Source: an uncultured Bacteroidota bacterium (GTDB lineage: Bacteria; Bacteroidota; Bacteroidia; Chitinophagales; Chitinophagaceae). From it: 64,000 bases of DNA. The DNA lies in NCBI GenBank assembly GCA_963759335.1, contig CAVWYU010000014.1, positions 163,551 through 227,550 on the forward strand, given 5' to 3'. Positions 59,241 to 64,000 of the stretch are shown one piece after another. Below the pieces are notes generated by a model. That model did no database searches and was not told the DNA's origin. It was given only the letters and a program-made list of their open reading frames with translations. Position 1 is the first letter of the stretch. Every line of letters starts with the position of its first letter. The translations under genes and the position numbers were made by a program.

Positions 59241-61025
59241 TCATGGTGCTGATTCCGGTGCTTTTACTTCAACCGGTTTTGTTTTTTCTGAAATGCCGTT
59301 TTCGTTGAAAGATTCTATCGAGAAATAATAAGTTCGTCCTTTGTCCATCGGTTTAAAATAATACTGGTTGTCGTTATAGACCATCACATTATTATATAAT
59401 TTATCAGGCGCAATGCCCCAATAAATATTATACCCCGTTGCCTCATTTACAGTGATCCATTTAATGAGCGCGTTGCGTGGATCATTCTCACTGCGTAAAA
59501 CGATGAACTGTTTTACGGTATCCGGTTTTTCTCCTGCTCCTTTTCCAAAAACACGCAGTCCGCTGATGGCAAATTTACCGGTTGGCATGTGTATGTTTTC
59601 CATTTTTATAAAACGTGTGCGGACTGGTTTGGATAGTTCGAGGTATTCATGCGGAATATCCGTGTGGTTCCGGCTTTTGTCGGCCAGGATATGCCAGGTT
59701 TTGCCATCTATAGATTCCCAAAGAATATATTGATGATACAAACCGGGGATTTTTCCCAGAAAAGATGAATCGACGTCCTGGTCAGCATAGTTGATTTGAA
59801 CCGCATGAACGGTGCTCACCGCACCCAGGTCTGTTTGTATCCATTCATGTGCTGCTCCGGAAGCCGCACTCCAATAGGTCCGGATGTCTTCATCCACAGC
59901 ATTGTTGGCGGTATATGCGCCGAATGTGGAGGAAACCTGCACGGGTTTATCATAGTTCAACAACATCCACCCCGTAAAATTTCCATGCAGATGATCTTTT
60001 TTTTCTGCCGGAAGGAATTGCGGGTAATCACCAAAAGCAGTATTGGAATACAGGATATCGTCGCCATCAAAACCCGCCGGCCATATGCCCAGTCTTCTTT
60101 CAAAATTGTTTTTCATATTCACAACCATCGTGGATATATGCCACCAGTTTCCAAAAGGATCCTGGTAGGTGGATCCATGACCCGCACCCCGTGCAAAACC
60201 GCCGGGTTTATACGAAAACGGATTACTCGCCTGATAGGTAAAAGGACCCATGGGATGGTCAGCCATGTATACGCCGTCGCCATAACCCCTGATCTCCGTA
60301 CCCGGACCTCCATATTGTAAATAATATTTTCCGTGATGTTTAGTCATCCAGGCGCCTTCAATAAAAGGGTTCAGAAAATTATTGTCGTTGTATTCGCCGA
60401 ATCGCTCCCAGCCGTGTATATCATCATGCAGTTTGATCAGCTCTTTGTGTTCGCCGATCGGCTGCAAAGTTTTCCGGTCAATTTCCCATCCGTAAATGGG
60501 ATACAGATTACTGGAACCATGATAGAGAAAAATCTTACCGTCATCATCCAGAAATAATGCCGGATCCCAGGCGCCCGCCTGAAAAGAATCCACGGCTTCC
60601 TTCCATTGATCCTGTTTTGGATGGGTACTCATCCAGAGCGGGAAATTTTTTGTGTAGGTTGAACCGATCACCAGCAATGTGTCTCCCAGCACCAGGGTGG
60701 CCGGTGCGCAAAGATCGTCGTATACATGATGCCAGGGTTTTAAAAAGGAGCGATGTATAAAATGCCAGTTCAGCATATCGCTGCTCCACCAGTAACCCCA
60801 CTGGTTGGTAGAGAATAAAAAATAATCTCCTTTATACATCGTGATGACCGGATCTGCCGTAGCGCGGTGACGACCGGCTTCAGAAAAATTCGGAATGGGC
60901 GTATATCCGTAATCAATGTTGATCGGGTTGCAATATGTTTTTTGCTGGGCTGTTGCATGAAAAACAGCAAGGCTGACGATCAGAAGACAAACAACTCTTC
61001 TCAGCAGTGGGAAGTTTTTTTTCAT
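59241..61025 (-). CDS. GH43 glycoside hydrolase with F5/8-type C (CBM32-like) and Fn3-like domains
   Basis: ADP, WDPALF and IEGAWM five-bladed propeller motifs; AVDEDIRTYWSA. Confidence 0.82.
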   Translation of the reverse strand: MKKNFPLLRRVVCLLIVSLAVFHATAQQKTYCNPINIDYGYTPIPNFSEAGRHRATADPVITMYKGDYFLFSTNQWGYWWSSDMLNWHFIHRSFLKPWHHVYDDLCAPATLVLGDTLLVIGSTYTKNFPLWMSTHPKQDQWKEAVDSFQAGAWDPALFLDDDGKIFLYHGSSNLYPIYGWEIDRKTLQPIGEHKELIKLHDDIHGWERFGEYNDNNFLNPFIEGAWMTKHHGKYYLQYGGPGTEIRGYGDGVYMADHPMGPFTYQASNPFSYKPGGFARGAGHGSTYQDPFGNWWHISTMVVNMKNNFERRLGIWPAGFDGDDILYSNTAFGDYPQFLPAEKKDHLHGNFTGWMLLNYDKPVQVSSTFGAYTANNAVDEDIRTYWSAASGAAHEWIQTDLGAVSTVHAVQINYADQDVDSSFLGKIPGLYHQYILWESIDGKTWHILADKSRNHTDIPHEYLELSKPVRTRFIKMENIHMPTGKFAISGLRVFGKGAGEKPDTVKQFIVLRSENDPRNALIKWITVNEATGYNIYWGIAPDKLYNNVMVYNDNQYYFKPMDKGRTYYFSIESFNENGISEKTKPVEVKAPESAP

Positions 61026-61050
61026 GCAGCCAATCGAATGGGACGCTAAG

Positions 61051-62463
61051 TTATTTATTAATAGCTGGCTGGAAATCTAATTTTTGCAAACCCTTCTGTA
61101 CTTCATCACAACTCATGAATAATTTCCATAAAAGACCAGTACGATAATTTTCAATCATAGCGACAATCGGACCTTCGTCAATGGCCAGGTAGCTTTTGGC
61201 ATACCAGTTTTTGGTTTCATTAAATGCATCCGTAAATCCGTAAGGCCCCCAGATTTTATTTCCGAGATCATAATAAAAATGTTTCAGCGCTTTCATGGAT
61301 TGTTCAGGTGTATAGGGAAAGGAAGAAAGCGCCGCGGTCGGACTGATCGTCCCGAAATCATTGTCGGGCGATTGCGCATTGTATCCGTCATATGTGTCAC
61401 TGGCAGAAAGCCCCCAGCAGTTTTCACCATATCCTTTGAAATGACCCGGATTGGCCACACAGTATTTATAATTGATCAGCGTCTGATTCTGATTCTGCTC
61501 CCAGTAATCAGCGTATCGGTCTTTTAATCCGTGTGGGTTCAGTCCCAAAAAGCTGTAATGCGAAAAGAATAACGGGCCACCATACGGAGGACCGAGGGGA
61601 AGTTTGATCCCATAATATTCTTTTCCATTGATGAAGTGTTCACCTTTTGGCCAGCATTTTTGATACAGATCGGCCGTAATGGGATAGGTAGGTGAGGATG
61701 CGCCGAGCACATAGGTGATCAGACATTCATCCCATCCGGTGATTTCGATGTTCATGCTCCATCCGTTATTCGGACTCCAATGCCAGAAATAGGAATTTCC
61801 CTGATCACGTTGTTGCCAGCTCCACTCTACCTGTGTCCACAGACTGTTGATACGATTACGTAATTCTTTTTCAAGCGAATTATTTTGATTGAAGTATTGG
61901 CGGGCGCATAATAAGCCTTCAAATAGATAGGCCGTTTCAACAATATCGGCAGCGTCATCTTTTCGGGAAAATGGAACGGTAATCCCGGTGGCACCATTCA
62001 TCCAGTGCGGAAAAATACCGTGATAACTGTTTGCCTTGCTCAGGAATTTCACGGACTTCAATAAATGTTTTACGGCAGTGTCCCTGCGTATCCAGTGACG
62101 CTCGGTGGCAACGATAATGGCCATCACGCCGAATCCGCTTCCACCGATGGTTACCACTTCGTTGCCATAGGCGGGTGTTGTGTTGCTGCGCTCACGGGCA
62201 AGACCGCTGACGGGATGAGAGAAGTCCCAGAAATATTTAAATGTTTGTTTTTGTACGAGATCGAGCAGGGCGCTGTCGGAAATTAGTTGGCGGCTTGTCC
62301 CGCGAAATGCGGGGTTGGCAGTTGGCAGTTGGCGGTCAGACGTTGAAGGGTTAGACTCCGCTTCTTCAACAGGTACGACAACCTGAGCGAATGATAAAGA
62401 GGAGAGAAGAATCAGAAGCCAGCAAAAAATTCCTTTTTTAAAGAAAGAATCAGGCATAACCAT
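61051..62463 (-). CDS. GH144-type (glucoamylase-family) endo-beta-1,2-glucanase
   Basis: SGLARER, GGSGFG, WDE.LI.Y, GGPLFFSHYSFLG and YLAIDEGP motifs. Confidence 0.82.
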   Translation of the reverse strand: MVMPDSFFKKGIFCWLLILLSSLSFAQVVVPVEEAESNPSTSDRQLPTANPAFRGTSRQLISDSALLDLVQKQTFKYFWDFSHPVSGLARERSNTTPAYGNEVVTIGGSGFGVMAIIVATERHWIRRDTAVKHLLKSVKFLSKANSYHGIFPHWMNGATGITVPFSRKDDAADIVETAYLFEGLLCARQYFNQNNSLEKELRNRINSLWTQVEWSWQQRDQGNSYFWHWSPNNGWSMNIEITGWDECLITYVLGASSPTYPITADLYQKCWPKGEHFINGKEYYGIKLPLGPPYGGPLFFSHYSFLGLNPHGLKDRYADYWEQNQNQTLINYKYCVANPGHFKGYGENCWGLSASDTYDGYNAQSPDNDFGTISPTAALSSFPYTPEQSMKALKHFYYDLGNKIWGPYGFTDAFNETKNWYAKSYLAIDEGPIVAMIENYRTGLLWKLFMSCDEVQKGLQKLDFQPAINK

Positions 62464-64000
62464 TTAATTCAGATTCGGAGATTGGAAACCCAGACTTTTC
62501 ATGCCTGTCTTTATTTCCGGACTACTCATAAACAGGTTCCACAAAAGTCCTGAGCGATAATTTTCGATCATGATGATTTCCGGTCCCTGGTCAATGGCAA
62601 GATAAGAATTCGCAAACCATACATTGGTGAGGTTAAATGCATCCACAAATCCATAGTTCCCCCAGATTTTATCACCGAGTTTATAATAAAAGAACCGAAT
62701 GGCATTCATGGATTGTGTCGGTGTATAAGGTATGGATGAAATGGCCGCCGTAGGACTGATCACACCGTCATCATTCGTTGGAGAATGGGCGGAATAACCA
62801 CCCTGCTCATCACTGGCGGTAAGTCCCCACACCGAACTGCTGTATCCGTTAAACTGGTGCGGATTGGCTACGCAATAACTATAATTTATAAGCGAATGAT
62901 TCTGATTTTGCATCCAGTAGTCTGCATATGCATCGGTAAGGTTATTGGGATTGATACCCAGGAATGAATAATGCGCAAAAAATAAAGGACCTCCATAAGG
63001 CGGACCCAGTGGAAGTGTATAGCCATAATAGGCCGTACCGTTTTTGATACTTCCGTTCAATGCCCATCCATTATCATAGACTATTTTTGGAATGCGATTG
63101 GAATCTACCGTGGATGAAGCAGCCAGTGCGTATACGATCATGGCTTCATCCCAGCCACCGATCTGCTGGCCGATGGCAAAACCAACCGTGGGACTCCAGT
63201 GCCAGTACAAAACATTTTTACCGCCCTGCCGGAACCAGTTCCATTCCACACCGTTCCATAAATTATTGATAGCTGCACGTAAAGCAATTTCAGCAGCATC
63301 ACCCGTGTTAAAAAACTGACGGGCGGTTAGTAAACCCTGCATCATATAAGACGTTTCTACCAGATCGGCTCCGTCATCATTGCTGCTGAATGGAATGGTT
63401 GCTCCTGTAGTTCCGTCCATCCAATGAGGAAACGCTCCATGATATCTGTGGGCTTTGTTTGTTAAAAAGTTTACGATCGTGTCGATTCTTGAAAGAGCCT
63501 GTGCCCGCGTAATAAAATTTCTTTGTGCTCCCACGATCAAAGCCATGATACCAAATCCGCTTCCACCCGTTGTTACAGTCTGGCCATCGGAATTTCGTTC
63601 ACGGGCCATTCCTGAAACCGGATGACCAAAATCATAGAAATATTTAAATGTTTGTTGTTCAACCAATGTGAGCAGAGCACTGTCGGTGATTTGCGGAAAT
63701 TTATCTGAAGAATCAATGGCCGTCACAAAGTTGACAGCTACCGGACTTGCTAATGATGCACCAGACGATGATTTTAATCCATTTGAAATGGTCAGTGAAT
63801 AGCTTGTCAGAGATGCAAGAGCAGCAGCAGGCGTTACAATCAGGGTTGAATCATTATTCTCATATGAATAGTTGTCTGCGATAACCAGACCGCCGCCGGT
63901 CATATTCACATTTCCCGTAACGGTTGACTTGTTAATGGAAGAAGAAAATGCAATTTTTATAACAGGATTTGATTTTGCATTCGGAAAAGTTCCGCCGGTA
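62464..64000 (-). CDS. GH144-type glucanase with N-terminal Ig-like domain, 5'-truncated by the window edge
   Basis: Frame is open from 63999 (TGGTFPNAKSNPVIKIAFSS...); GGSGFG, GGPLFFAHYSFLG and YLAIDQGP motifs. Confidence 0.82.
   Translation of the reverse strand, partial: TGGTFPNAKSNPVIKIAFSSSINKSTVTGNVNMTGGGLVIADNYSYENNDSTLIVTPAAALASLTSYSLTISNGLKSSSGASLASPVAVNFVTAIDSSDKFPQITDSALLTLVEQQTFKYFYDFGHPVSGMARERNSDGQTVTTGGSGFGIMALIVGAQRNFITRAQALSRIDTIVNFLTNKAHRYHGAFPHWMDGTTGATIPFSSNDDGADLVETSYMMQGLLTARQFFNTGDAAEIALRAAINNLWNGVEWNWFRQGGKNVLYWHWSPTVGFAIGQQIGGWDEAMIVYALAASSTVDSNRIPKIVYDNGWALNGSIKNGTAYYGYTLPLGPPYGGPLFFAHYSFLGINPNNLTDAYADYWMQNQNHSLINYSYCVANPHQFNGYSSSVWGLTASDEQGGYSAHSPTNDDGVISPTAAISSIPYTPTQSMNAIRFFYYKLGDKIWGNYGFVDAFNLTNVWFANSYLAIDQGPEIIMIENYRSGLLWNLFMSSPEIKTGMKSLGFQSPNLN

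Overview
A 64-kb stretch of a Bacteroidota chromosome, probably Chitinophagaceae. The assignment rests on TAnnTTTG promoters, an IPExxxVDY protein, DUF2480, a fused E1 alpha/beta gene and a Rho with a long insertion. Most of the roughly 48 genes are housekeeping (thiL, nadA, mnmG, ybeY, nadD, mqnC, rho, asnS, gcvT, purF, rimP-nusA-infB, two PPIases and several peptidases). The right end holds the distal part of a probable beta-1,2-glucan utilisation locus (GH144, GH144, GH43-CBM32, SGNH, GH3). No rRNA, tRNA, CRISPR array, transposase, integrase or prophage was recognised. The informative signals are mostly non-coding. (1) A candidate replication origin between ppiD and nadA (DnaA boxes, a DnaA-trio-like tract and a 28-bp pure-AT run), with two parS sites 3 kb away beside mnmG. 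(2) More than 25 short tandem arrays of 7-mers and 8-mers in about five unit families. They sit at gene 3' ends with consistent polarity, often as inverted pairs. Several supply the stop codon or are translated, and two unrelated proteins end in the same repeat-derived peptide AQSVKPK. (3) An SRPBCC gene bracketed by a perfect 17-bp inverted repeat. (4) Two genes missing or truncated in the ORF track: a TlpA-like protein with SxxS instead of CxxC at the left edge, and a frameshifted HAD phosphatase. All product calls come from motif recognition by eye; no database search was run.
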